The notes under the pieces were generated by a model. That model ran no database searches. It was given only the letters and a program-made list of their open reading frames with translations, and was not told the DNA's origin. A DNA stretch of 64,000 nucleotides from an uncultured Candidatus Saccharibacteria bacterium. GTDB taxonomy: Bacteria; Patescibacteriota; CALEFQ01. Positions 38,879 through 48,215 of this stretch are shown here, in pieces. Both the position numbers and the translations under genes were made by a program. The stretch is taken from assembly GCA_965230955.1 (NCBI GenBank), contig OZ246404.1:417184-481183 (forward strand), in the 5' to 3' direction. Every line of letters begins with the position of its first letter. Positions within the stretch are counted from its first letter, which is position 1.

Positions 38879-40516
38879 ATGTCCCTGGCTTTATATCGAA
38901 AATATCGTCCGAAAACTTTTGCCGAAGTGGTTTCGCAGGATCACGTCAAAACGACCCTGCTCAACTCCATCTCGATCAACAAAATCGGACACGCCTATAT
39001 TTTAGTCGGCGCGCGCGGTATCGGGAAAACCACCCTGGCGCGTCTTTTTGCTAAGGCGATAAATTGCTTGGATAAGTCCGATTCCGAACCATGCAATCGA
39101 TGCGAGGCTTGTTTGGCGATCGATGGCAATAAAGCGATGGATTTGCTGGAAGTTGACGCGGCCTCTAATCGCGGGATTGAGGAAATTCGGGCTTTGCGGG
39201 AAAAGGTGAAATTTACTCCGGCTAAACTGAAATACAAGGTGTTCATCATCGACGAAGTCCACATGTTGACCAACGAGGCGTTCAACGCTTTGTTGAAAAC
39301 CTTGGAAGAGCCGCCGGAACACGCGATTTTTTTACTGGCCACCACTGAAGTGCATAAAGTTCCGGCCACGATTCTCTCTCGCTGTCAGCGTTTTGATTTA
39401 AAGAAGCTGACGATCCCGGAGCTGATCGGCTATCTGAAAAGGATCGCCAAAAGCGAGGGGATTGAAGCTTCTCAAGAAGCGCTGGAATTAATTTCCGGCC
39501 AGGCCGACGGTTGCGCCCGTGACGCCGTCAGTTTGTTTACCCAGGTCAACGCTTTTTCTAAAGGAAAAATCGACCAGAAATTAGTCAAAGAAGTTTTGGG
39601 AGTGGTTGACCAGGCCGCGATCGCGGAGTTTATCGATCATTTGATTGCTCGGTCTCCGGCGCGATGCGTGGATCAGCTGCAAAAAATACTGGAGAACGGC
39701 TATGATCTCGAGCAATTCACCAAAAACCTGATTGAGTATCTACGCAAGATGATGGTGGTTAAAATTGGTGCGGACGCTCGTGATATCGTTTTAGCCAATC
39801 TTTCTTCGGAGCAATTGGGCAAATTGCAGGCCCAGGCCGGACAGTTGTCTCTCGCCCCGATTGTTCATTTTATCAAAGCATTCTTGGATGCCCAGCAGCA
39901 TTTGGGTGAATCGATTTATCCCCAGTTGCCTTTGGAATTGGCCTTGATGGAATTGTTTGGCGATTCGACGGAAACAAAAACAGCCGCGCCGGTCAGCGCG
40001 TCTGCGCCTGCCGTTAAGCTGATGCCTAAAATTCAGCCGGTGGAGACTGAGCCGGTAGAGAAAGCGGTTGAGCCGAAAAAGCCTTTGGTCGTAGCCGCGC
40101 CGGTTAAGCCGGTAGAGAAGGCGGAACATTTTCGCGGACCGGTCAATTCTGATTTAAAGTTGGATCATTTCAAATCTCGCTGGACGGAGGTAGTCCAGGA
40201 GGTGATCCCGATTAATTCATCCTTGGCGGCTTTTTTACGCATCGCAGTCATAAAAGATTTTGACGGGGAATATCTGACTTTGGCTTTCAAATTCCGCTTT
40301 CACAAGGAACGTATTGCCGATCATAAATATCGGATAATTGTCGAGAAGGTTTTGGCCAAAGTGCATCAGCAAAAGGTCTTGATTAAATGTGTTGTTGATG
40401 ATACGCTAGTGCGCGAATCGGATCCGGTAGCCAAGGAAGAAGTCCGTAATGTCGCCAGCGCGTCTCAAGATGTGACGGAGCTGGCCAAGAGCATTTTTGG
40501 CGGAAAATTAGTGTAA
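38879..40516 (+). CDS. dnaX: DNA polymerase III subunit gamma/tau
   Basis: LYRKYRP, GARGIGKTT, DAASNRG, IIDEVHML, NALLKTLEEPP, SRC. Confidence 0.96.
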   Translation: MSLALYRKYRPKTFAEVVSQDHVKTTLLNSISINKIGHAYILVGARGIGKTTLARLFAKAINCLDKSDSEPCNRCEACLAIDGNKAMDLLEVDAASNRGIEEIRALREKVKFTPAKLKYKVFIIDEVHMLTNEAFNALLKTLEEPPEHAIFLLATTEVHKVPATILSRCQRFDLKKLTIPELIGYLKRIAKSEGIEASQEALELISGQADGCARDAVSLFTQVNAFSKGKIDQKLVKEVLGVVDQAAIAEFIDHLIARSPARCVDQLQKILENGYDLEQFTKNLIEYLRKMMVVKIGADARDIVLANLSSEQLGKLQAQAGQLSLAPIVHFIKAFLDAQQHLGESIYPQLPLELALMELFGDSTETKTAAPVSASAPAVKLMPKIQPVETEPVEKAVEPKKPLVVAAPVKPVEKAEHFRGPVNSDLKLDHFKSRWTEVVQEVIPINSSLAAFLRIAVIKDFDGEYLTLAFKFRFHKERIADHKYRIIVEKVLAKVHQQKVLIKCVVDDTLVRESDPVAKEEVRNVASASQDVTELAKSIFGGKLV

Positions 40517-40600
40517 AGTAACAAGGAACAGGGAACAAGTAACAAATAGGAAAAATTTTCATTCCCATTTGTTACCTGCTACTTGTTAGCTGTTACTTGT
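40516..40600. repeat. Inverted heptamer array (AAGTAAC / GTTACTT family)
   Basis: aagtaac aaggaac agggaac aagtaac ... tgttacc tgctact tgttagc tgttact tg. Confidence 0.88.
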
Positions 40601-40605
40601 TTTAT

Positions 40606-40782
40606 TGGGGAGTAGCCCCTCCTTCGCCCTTCGCCCCGCCATCCGCGGATTCTGCGGGGTGGGCTCAGGGCTTCGGAGGGCAGGCAAGTGGTTCCGGCCA
40701 TTCGGCCGGACAAGAAGGCAGCGGCCGGATCATTCGACCCGGCAAGCCTTTGAAGCCGTCAGAGGGGTTCGGATATGTTTCC
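40606..40782 (+). pseudogene. tRNA-Gln(UUG)-derived copy interrupted by three palindromic inserts
   Basis: Removing three inserts restores TGGGGAGTAGC|CAAGTGGT|AAGGCAGCGG|CCTTTGAAGCCG, identical to the first 41 nt of the tRNA at 40815; the 3' part is degenerate. Confidence 0.85.
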
Positions 40783-40814
40783 TACGGCTAAAGACAAATG
40801 ACTAACGACTATAT

Positions 40815-40889
40815 TGGGGAGTAGCCAAGTGGTAAGGCAGCGGCCTTTGAAGCCGCCATTCGAAGGTTCGAATCCTTCCTCCCCAGCCA
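40815..40889 (+). tRNA. tRNA-Gln (anticodon TTG)
   Basis: Acceptor TGGGGAG/CTCCCCA, anticodon arm GCGGC-CTTTGAA-GCCGC, T arm GAAGG-TTCGAAT-CCTTC, encoded CCA. Confidence 0.97.
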
Positions 40890-40924
40890 AAAAATAACTC
40901 CGACGAAGTCGGGGATATTTTTTT
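40890..40924 (+). terminator. Terminator after tRNA-Gln
   Basis: aaaaata-a-ctccgac-gaa-gtcgggg-a-tattttttt. Confidence 0.7.
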
Positions 40925-41027
40925 ATGTATAGGGCGAATCGGCGTGGTTTTTGACTTTTGGTTTGAAAAGAGAGAAGATAAGTAAGGTTCAGCGGTCGTT
41001 GCGCCGGAAAATATATTATAAATTTTT

Positions 41028-41723
41028 ATGCCACAGCAAGTTGCTTGGGAAAAAGAGTATCGGCATCCGCAATTGATAACCGGAGATGATAAGCCGCAAA
41101 AAGATGTGTTGCGGTTTTTAAAATATCTGAAAAAAGATACGGGAAGCGAGTTGGAAAATCAGCGTATTTTGGATCTGGGATCGGGTACCGGGCGGAATGC
41201 CAATTATTTGGCCGAACTGGGCAATCTGGTTACCGGTTTTGAGATTTCTGCTACGGCGATAAAATTAGCGTCCGATCGGGCCAAGAGTCTGGGCGTGAGT
41301 GTTGATTATCGCCTGCATGACATCGGATCCACTTATCCCTTAGAGAGCCAAATGTTTGATTTGGTGCTGGATGTAATTTCCTCTAACTCGCTGAATATGC
41401 CGGAGAGAAAGATATATTTGTCGGAAGTCAATAGAGTCTTGAAGAGCGGCGGCCATTTTTTTGTGAAAGCTTTGTGCAAGGACGGTGATCAAAACGCCAA
41501 GGCCTTACTCAAGAAAAATCCCGGTTCGGAGCCTGATACGTATGTTAATGCCGAGATGAATCTGGCGGAAAGAGTTTTTTCCCGGCAGGATTTTATTGAT
41601 TTGTATTCCAAATACTTCACGATTGTGGAATTGACGAAAAAAACCAACTACACCAGATTCAAGGGGCAAAGCTATAAAAGAAATTTTTGGTTAGCCTATT
41701 TGAAGAAACCGGCCGGGATTTAG
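41028..41723 (+). CDS. Class I SAM-dependent methyltransferase
   Basis: ILDLGSGTGRN, FDLVLD, RVLKSGG. Confidence 0.88.
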   Translation: MPQQVAWEKEYRHPQLITGDDKPQKDVLRFLKYLKKDTGSELENQRILDLGSGTGRNANYLAELGNLVTGFEISATAIKLASDRAKSLGVSVDYRLHDIGSTYPLESQMFDLVLDVISSNSLNMPERKIYLSEVNRVLKSGGHFFVKALCKDGDQNAKALLKKNPGSEPDTYVNAEMNLAERVFSRQDFIDLYSKYFTIVELTKKTNYTRFKGQSYKRNFWLAYLKKPAGI

Positions 41724-41841
41724 TAGATACTGTGTAAAAATTACCTTCTCGGGCGAGCTATGCCGTTTTTGACGCTGTGGTATAGAATGTCGTATAATAA
41801 ACAAGCCGACTATCGTTTTATTCTAGAAATATTGAAATTTT

Positions 41842-42975
41842 ATGCCAGAACAATTCAGAGAACAGCCGGAAGAAGCAAGGTCTGAAATAAGAGAAAAAAA
41901 CGTTGGTAAAATCGTGGATGATTTTTTATTGCTTCGGCCCGGAGAAAAGGTTTTGTTTTTGACTGATACCGACCCTGCTAATACCGATCGAGCTCTGTTG
42001 GAAATTATCAAGAAAGATTTGTCCGGCAAGCAAATAGAGTTTTCCGAATTGGTAGCGGATGATCAGACCAGTCAAGAAGATCTTTTATCGGCGGTGGGTA
42101 AATGTGATTTGGTCTGGGATTCCTGGGCCATGGAAGATACAGCGGAAGACATTGATTTCGAGGAACTGGCCGATTATTTGAAGGAAACCGATAAGCGCAT
42201 GGCCTGGTGTCCGGGATTGAAAGCCGACTCGCTTGATGATGGCGGAGCTCTGACGGAAGACAAAGAAATGATGGAAACCAGATTAAACCGAATGGGTGAA
42301 CATCTTCGGGATGCGGTTGGTTTCCATATTACCACCAGCTACGGTACCGATTTGAGAGTAAAACTTCGAAGTGATTCAGAGCGCCGATGGGTGCCTGACT
42401 CCGGGGTTATTAATAAGGGATTATGGGACAATCTGCCCGGCGGAGAGATTTTTACGACACCGGATGAGGAAAAGGTTGATGGCGTATTGGTTTTGCCTGT
42501 TTTGCAGGATGAAGTGGCGCCCGACCAAGGGGTGGATGAGTTTGTGCATCTGACTATCAGGCAGGGGAAAATAGCTAAAATAGACGGAGGCCTTTCGGCC
42601 GAAAAATTGCGCAAGTATCTGGAGGAGAATTCAGAAGAGGAAGACGATCCGGAAAGTGTTATCCAGTGTTCGGAGATTGCTTTTGGCGCAAACTCAAAAG
42701 CGCGCACGATTGTTTCTAATCCCGAAGGCGCTTGGAATGATATCGGGCATCCGACCGTTGAAACCGAAAAACGTCTAGGGACAATGCATATAGCTTTCGG
42801 CAGTTCCAAACACGGGGACGTCGGAAGCGAAGGGCACACCTCGTCTGATGTTCATATTGATTTTGTGCTCCCGCGCCATGGCTTAACCGTGGAAAAATTT
42901 ACCAATCAAGAAGATTTCTCTGGTCTAGAAAATGGAGTCAAGCTGATTGATCAAGGCGGCTGGAATTTCCAATAA
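41842..42975 (+). CDS. Thermophilic metalloprotease (M29) family aminopeptidase
   Basis: GTDL, NLPGGEIFTTP, EIAFGAN, EKRLGTMHIAFG, HIDF. Confidence 0.82.
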   Translation: MPEQFREQPEEARSEIREKNVGKIVDDFLLLRPGEKVLFLTDTDPANTDRALLEIIKKDLSGKQIEFSELVADDQTSQEDLLSAVGKCDLVWDSWAMEDTAEDIDFEELADYLKETDKRMAWCPGLKADSLDDGGALTEDKEMMETRLNRMGEHLRDAVGFHITTSYGTDLRVKLRSDSERRWVPDSGVINKGLWDNLPGGEIFTTPDEEKVDGVLVLPVLQDEVAPDQGVDEFVHLTIRQGKIAKIDGGLSAEKLRKYLEENSEEEDDPESVIQCSEIAFGANSKARTIVSNPEGAWNDIGHPTVETEKRLGTMHIAFGSSKHGDVGSEGHTSSDVHIDFVLPRHGLTVEKFTNQEDFSGLENGVKLIDQGGWNFQ

Positions 42976-43068
42976 ATATATTTCGAGCTGTTGATGTAAC
43001 CGGCCGTCTGAGGAACTCGATTGAGACTTGGTTTTATTAAATACGCCAATAAGTCATATATCAAAAAA

Positions 43069-44766
43069 ATGAGCAAAAACAAAATTTCCGTAATTTTCAT
43101 GGCGGCAACAGCTTTTGGGCTGTTTTTTTGCCTGGGAATCGGTTTGGTCCGGGCGGAGGAAAGTCGGAAAGTCATTACCTGTCTCGGGGACAGCGTAACT
43201 CACGGATATCCATATGCCGATTCGCTCGATACTTACCCGGCAAAATTGCAGACCAGTTTGGATAGTCAATACGGGGTCGATAAATATGAGGTGATTAATC
43301 GCGGTGCGGATGGGTATCGGGCGGATGAAGTCCTGAGCCATCTCCAAAGTGACGGCTGGCTGAGTGCTGATAATCCCGATGCGGTTTTGTTGATGATCGG
43401 CGGTAACGACCTGGCGCAGGGTCAATCGATCAGTTCTACCGTGAGTGAAGTTCAGCAGATAGTTGATTATATCAAGGCACATAAAAATGCCGATGGCTCA
43501 ACTCCCCAAGTCATACTTTCGGCATTTATTCCAAATTTACTGTACGGTACCGGCGGCAGCGCTTACGTCAATCTCTATAACAACACTTTGGCCGCCTCGA
43601 TTTCCAAACTGGATCTCTGGACGACGGATAACTGGACGGATTTTTATAATTCCGGGACTGGGCAGGCGCGGACGGAATTGATGAAAGACGATGCTCACCC
43701 CAATATCGATGGGTATGCGGTAATGGCGGAAAACTGGCTGGCGGCGGTAAATTTAAAAATTACTCCGCCCGGCGGGGGAGATGACGGCGGCGGGACGACC
43801 AATCCGGCCGGTTTGGAGATTAATCCCAAAATAATTGCTTCATCCGGCCCGGGGCAAATATCTAGATTGCAAGTCTATAGCCGTCAGGGCTATCCGGTTA
43901 CGACACAAATCAAAAATTTGTTTCCCGATAACTACCTTGGCGGAGCGGGAGTGGCGGCGATCGATTCCGATCGGGTGGGCGTGAGACAACAATTGGTTGT
44001 TTTTGCCCAGAGCTCGGCTGGTCCCCAAGCGCGGGTGATTGGGATCAATGAAGACGGCGGTACGGTGTTGCGTGGTCAGATGTTTTTGTTTGATAAATCC
44101 ATCCGTGACGGCTTGAGCGTGACGGTTGGGGATTTTGACAATGACGGATTTGACAATGATTTGGCGGCTTGCTTGACCGGTAACCGCGCGCCCATCGTTC
44201 GGGTGTATAAAAACACGAAGGGCATGGATAATTGGCAAAAAATCGGCGAATTCAAAGCTCCGTTTGGCGCGGTCGGGTGTAATGTCGGGACTTTTCAGTA
44301 TGATGACAAAGCGGATGAAATATTGGTGGCGCCAAACCATGGGCCGGCTCTTCCGAAAGTTTATATCTATACCGTGGGAGGGACGAAAAAGTCTGAGTTC
44401 ACCGCTTACGGTGCCGGGGTGACCAATGGCTTGTCCGTTTCGGGGATAAATGATCGCATCTATACCACGCCAAACAGCGGGACTTCCCATGTTATGGTTT
44501 TTGACAGGAACGGTAATCGCAAAAATTTCTGGTGGGCGTATGCTCAGAATGTTAAGGGTAATTTTCTGAATGTGGCTGGCGATATCGATCTGGATAGCAA
44601 AGACGAAATCCTGATCTCTCCGATCGGATCAAATGGTCCGCAAGTAGTGTCTTTTGAGCCTGACGGCCGGACCAGAACTTTTCCTAATTTCTTTGCCTTC
44701 GGCGATAAGACTTTGCGCAATGGGGCAAGTGTGGCGGTTATCGATAATTGGCACGGAAAAAATTAG
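43069..44766 (+). CDS. Secreted SGNH/GDSL hydrolase fused to an FG-GAP-like repeat domain
   Basis: Signal peptide; GDSVT, NRG, GGND and DxxHP blocks; C-terminal GDFDNDG / GDIDLD..DEIL repeats. Confidence 0.85.
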   Translation: MSKNKISVIFMAATAFGLFFCLGIGLVRAEESRKVITCLGDSVTHGYPYADSLDTYPAKLQTSLDSQYGVDKYEVINRGADGYRADEVLSHLQSDGWLSADNPDAVLLMIGGNDLAQGQSISSTVSEVQQIVDYIKAHKNADGSTPQVILSAFIPNLLYGTGGSAYVNLYNNTLAASISKLDLWTTDNWTDFYNSGTGQARTELMKDDAHPNIDGYAVMAENWLAAVNLKITPPGGGDDGGGTTNPAGLEINPKIIASSGPGQISRLQVYSRQGYPVTTQIKNLFPDNYLGGAGVAAIDSDRVGVRQQLVVFAQSSAGPQARVIGINEDGGTVLRGQMFLFDKSIRDGLSVTVGDFDNDGFDNDLAACLTGNRAPIVRVYKNTKGMDNWQKIGEFKAPFGAVGCNVGTFQYDDKADEILVAPNHGPALPKVYIYTVGGTKKSEFTAYGAGVTNGLSVSGINDRIYTTPNSGTSHVMVFDRNGNRKNFWWAYAQNVKGNFLNVAGDIDLDSKDEILISPIGSNGPQVVSFEPDGRTRTFPNFFAFGDKTLRNGASVAVIDNWHGKN

Positions 44767-44908
44767 AATGAATCAGTTGATGATTAATGGCGAAACTGCT
44801 TTGATATCAGGGCAGTTTTCGAATTGCTTAGCTTGACATTGACCTTTCAACTGCTAAAATAACCCGATTGCGGTGAAAAATATTCTAGTCGGGAAAGGAG
44901 GCCTTTTT

Positions 44909-45547
44909 ATGACTAGGAGAAATAAGTTCATTTTAGTTCAAGTACTGACTTATGGTCGACTGCCGTTGATGAATCTCTGGGCGATGATTATTCTTTTTTG
45001 CCTGTGGATTTGGCAGACTTTGCCCGCCGGCTGGTTTTGGGTCACTTTGTGGATCATGATCGCCGCCGCCTTGTCTGATATGTTTGACGGCTTATTGGCG
45101 CGAAGATTTGGCGTGACATCTCGTCTGGGATCATATGGCGATCCGTTTATGGACAAAGTTTATACTTCTTGCACCTTGTCGCTTCTGGTGCTGATGGCGG
45201 CTTTGTCTCAACAGTATGGCCATTCGGTTCTTCTGACACTGCTGACAATTGTTAATTTACAGCGGGACCATCTGACGGCGACCTTGCGATCAATCGGTGC
45301 TCTACACGCAACGGATGCGAGAGCTCACTGGGTGGGGAAATTGCGTTCAGCCTTCAGTTTTCCGATGATCTGCATCGTCTTCAGTTTTCTGGCGGCACCG
45401 TCCTCTTCCTGTTTGTCCGGTTTTCCTGGCTGGTTCGTCTATGCACTGGAGATCATCAATATTGGATTAACGATCTGCTCGGTCGGCGTCTATATGTGGC
45501 AATACTGGCCGACGCTTAAGCGTGAAATCAAGAGCGATGGGGTATGA
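44909..45547 (+). CDS. CDP-alcohol phosphatidyltransferase (PgsA-like)
   Basis: LTxxR and DxxDGxxAR...G...DP..DK motifs; SD GAAAGGAGG, own promoter and terminator (45555-45590). Confidence 0.85.
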   Translation: MTRRNKFILVQVLTYGRLPLMNLWAMIILFCLWIWQTLPAGWFWVTLWIMIAAALSDMFDGLLARRFGVTSRLGSYGDPFMDKVYTSCTLSLLVLMAALSQQYGHSVLLTLLTIVNLQRDHLTATLRSIGALHATDARAHWVGKLRSAFSFPMICIVFSFLAAPSSSCLSGFPGWFVYALEIINIGLTICSVGVYMWQYWPTLKREIKSDGV

Positions 45548-45647
45548 AAAAAATGGTGTTGGAACTTCTAGTTCCGACACCTTTTATTTTTCGGTAAATA
45601 TGCTATGATACCCAGGTATAGTTTTAATAAAAATAAAAAACAAACCT

Positions 45648-46028
45648 ATGAATTTCGTCATTTGGGAACTGGGAATTGTCGTCGCCCTTGGCGTTCTTCT
45701 CTTGTCCATTATCATCGGCGCCTTTTTTGTCTGGCTCGGCGCCAAGATGGCCCATGTGGAAAAGGGAACCTTTGGCCGATCTATTATGGCTGCGATTGCC
45801 GCTTCATTGGCCAGTAGTTTGGTCGCCTGGCTTTTTTCTTTCATCACCGGACCGTTCTGGTCTATTATTGGCGCAGTTGTTGGTTTGGTTGTAGTGATTT
45901 GGGTCTTTAAGCTGATTTTCGAAACGACTTGGGGCAAAGCTTTCTTGATTTGGTTCATGCAATTGATTGCCATCTTTATCGTGATTTTGATCGCCGGGCT
46001 TACTTTTGCGACGGCATTATTGGTTTAG
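45648..46028 (+). CDS. Hypothetical membrane protein
   Basis: Four TM helices; TTWGKA motif. Confidence 0.7.
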   Translation: MNFVIWELGIVVALGVLLLSIIIGAFFVWLGAKMAHVEKGTFGRSIMAAIAASLASSLVAWLFSFITGPFWSIIGAVVGLVVVIWVFKLIFETTWGKAFLIWFMQLIAIFIVILIAGLTFATALLV

Positions 46029-46175
46029 CGATATTTGTGAAAATTGAAGTTTGACGGTCAAAACCCCTCGACTGGACTAAATCGGGGGGTTTTGTGTTAT
46101 AATGAATATCAGAGGTACCTTAGATTGCAGAATAACTAAAAATTTTCCGTTTTTGCGGAAAATAAAAAGAATCAT

Positions 46176-46391
46176 ATGAACGTTGTTACCAGTTCTTTTA
46201 CCCAATTGCTTCCTTTCGTGGCGGCGGCGGGAATTATCGCGGTAGTGGTTTTTTTCATTGCCCTGGTGATGGGGAAAAAGGCTCTAAAAGGCGGCGATGC
46301 CCAGGCAATCAAAAAGCATAAAACTTGGGTGATTTTGGCGGTAATATTAGTCATTGTGCATATTGTGCTAGTGGCTATGTGGTGGTTTTAG
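46176..46391 (+). CDS. Small hypothetical membrane protein
   Basis: Two TM helices; ends 3 nt before mutM. Confidence 0.6.
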   Translation: MNVVTSSFTQLLPFVAAAGIIAVVVFFIALVMGKKALKGGDAQAIKKHKTWVILAVILVIVHIVLVAMWWF

Positions 46392-46394
46392 TTT

Positions 46395-47258
46395 ATGCCT
46401 GAACTGCCTGAAGTTGAGACAATTAGGCGCGATTTGAATAGCCGGATCAGCCATAAAACGATCCGACAAATAGAGGTGCGCAAGCTGAAAATGATTCGCG
46501 GGTCGGCCCGAGATTTTCGGCGCCGGTTGCTGGGGCACAGTTTCAGTCGAGTTGACCGCCGAGCTAAGTTATTGATTTTTGAGGTGGCCGGGCAGCAGTG
46601 TTTCTTGTTAATTCACCTGAAAATGACCGGTCAGCTTATTTATGAATCTCGCCGCGATGTCGTTGCTGGCGGGCATAGTTGGCCGCCGATCGATCGGCGG
46701 TTACCATCAAAGTATTCCCACGTTATTTTCACATTTAGCGACGGTTCTCGTTTGTTTTTCAATGATTTGCGGCAATTCGGGTATTTACAGCTGGTTGATA
46801 AAAACGCCAAAGATAAAATTGTCGCCAACTATGGTCTGGAGCCGTTGACGAGCGAGTTTACTTGGCCCAAGTTTCATTCTGTTTTTCGGGGCAAGCAGAC
46901 TGTTCTGAAGACCGTTTTGCTCAATCAGGCCCTGATAGCCGGCATAGGCAACATCTACGCGGATGAAATTTGCCATGCCGCCTCGGTGCGGCCGACCAGA
47001 AAAGTTTCCACTCTGACAATCTCGGAGCTGAAACGGATTTTTTCAGCCAGTCAACGAATTTTACGCCGAGCGGTGGCGAAGCGAGGCACAACTTTCAGTG
47101 ATTATGTCGATGCGGATGGTCGAACCGGGAATTACCTGCAATATCTAAAAGTATACAATCGCGAAGGGGAGAAATGCCTGACGTGTAAAAAAAGTATTAT
47201 CAAAAAAATTAAAATTGGCAGCCGCGGAACTCATTATTGCCCGGTCTGTCAGAAATAA
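46395..47258 (+). CDS. mutM: Formamidopyrimidine-DNA glycosylase
   Basis: [24 protein letters not shown]4 zinc finger. Confidence 0.96.
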   Translation: MPELPEVETIRRDLNSRISHKTIRQIEVRKLKMIRGSARDFRRRLLGHSFSRVDRRAKLLIFEVAGQQCFLLIHLKMTGQLIYESRRDVVAGGHSWPPIDRRLPSKYSHVIFTFSDGSRLFFNDLRQFGYLQLVDKNAKDKIVANYGLEPLTSEFTWPKFHSVFRGKQTVLKTVLLNQALIAGIGNIYADEICHAASVRPTRKVSTLTISELKRIFSASQRILRRAVAKRGTTFSDYVDADGRTGNYLQYLKVYNREGEKCLTCKKSIIKKIKIGSRGTHYCPVCQK

Positions 47259-47263
47259 AAAAC

Positions 47264-47638
47264 ATGACAAAATTGAACGAGGTTTACAAATGTTCGGTTT
47301 GCGGCAACATTGTCGAGGTTGTGCATACCGGAGTTGGCCAATTGGTTTGCTGCGGCCAGCCTATGGATCGACAGGATCCCAATACGGTTGACGCCGCCCA
47401 GGAAAAACATGTTCCCGTGATCGAGCGGACATCCAGTGGTGTGAAAATCAAAATCGGTTCGGTGCCGCACCCGATGACCGCGGAGCACTTTATCGAATGG
47501 ATTGAGATTATGGCCGACGGAAAAGTTGATCGCAAATATTTAAAGCCCGGGGATAAACCCGAAGCCGACTTCAATTTAACCGCCGATAAGGTCACGGCGC
47601 GGGCTTACTGCAATTTGCATGGGTTATGGCAATCCTAG
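47264..47638 (+). CDS. dfx: Desulfoferrodoxin (2Fe superoxide reductase)
   Basis: CxxC...[23 protein letters not shown]. Confidence 0.94.
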   Translation: MTKLNEVYKCSVCGNIVEVVHTGVGQLVCCGQPMDRQDPNTVDAAQEKHVPVIERTSSGVKIKIGSVPHPMTAEHFIEWIEIMADGKVDRKYLKPGDKPEADFNLTADKVTARAYCNLHGLWQS

Positions 47639-47708
47639 TTTTTTGACCGGCCAGGGGCAAAGTGCTATGCTGAAAATACCTTATTTGCAAATCCTCCGGA
47701 GAAGTCAT

Positions 47709-47918
47709 ATGAAAGCAACATGGGTAACCAAAAAAGAATTTAATCAAGCGGTTAAGGGCATCGAGTGTCGTTTTAGTCAACTCGACCAAAAAATCGATGA
47801 CCGCCAATCCGAGCTGGTGGCGATGATCAAAACGGGTTTTGACGATTTGAGTTCACAATTCAGAAGCCATTCCAGGATTTTAAGCGATCATGAAAAACGG
47901 CTGGCGGTGGTTGAGTAA
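47709..47918 (+). CDS. Small coiled-coil hypothetical protein
   Basis: Heptad pattern; ELVAMIKTGF, HEKRL. Confidence 0.6.
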   Translation: MKATWVTKKEFNQAVKGIECRFSQLDQKIDDRQSELVAMIKTGFDDLSSQFRSHSRILSDHEKRLAVVE

Positions 47919-47966
47919 GTTTTAGCAATTAGTAAAAAATAGATTTATTCGTTAACACAAACCCCT

Positions 47967-48101
47967 ATGGATAAATGCACCAAATGCGGCATGCCGATCG
48001 ACGAGAACACTAAGTGTTCCTGCGAACCCGGCGTGTGCTTTCATTGTTGTTCCTGCAAGCCTGATTGCCAATGTGGTTGCCAGAAAAAAGAACAGAAATA
48101 G
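47967..48101 (+). CDS. 44-aa Cys-rich metallothionein-like protein; absent from the ORF track
   Basis: MDKCTKCGMPIDENTKCSCEPGVCFHCCSCKPDCQCGCQKKEQK (11 Cys); followed by a terminator at 48113-48150. Confidence 0.72.
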   Translation: MDKCTKCGMPIDENTKCSCEPGVCFHCCSCKPDCQCGCQKKEQK

Positions 48102-48215
48102 TCGCTCGCATCAAAAAAACTCGTCCGGCCGAATCGGCGGACGAGTTTTTGATTGGCGGTGGTGCCGTCGGCGAGTCAGGTGCGGCCTTAAGGCCACACC
48201 TGACCGTTCGTGTCA

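Noticed and set aside
879-40600. Heptamer arrays as CRISPR or iteron arrays
   Set aside because: Units are ~7 nt with no unique 30-40-nt spacers; no cas or rep genes are present
40606-40782. Functional intron-containing tRNA
   Set aside because: The T arm and 3' acceptor strand are degenerate with no CCA, and the inserts are not group I/II introns; treated as a pseudogene
40597-40805. ORFs 40597-40791 and 40605-40805
   Set aside because: By-products of GC-rich palindromes and tRNA-derived sequence
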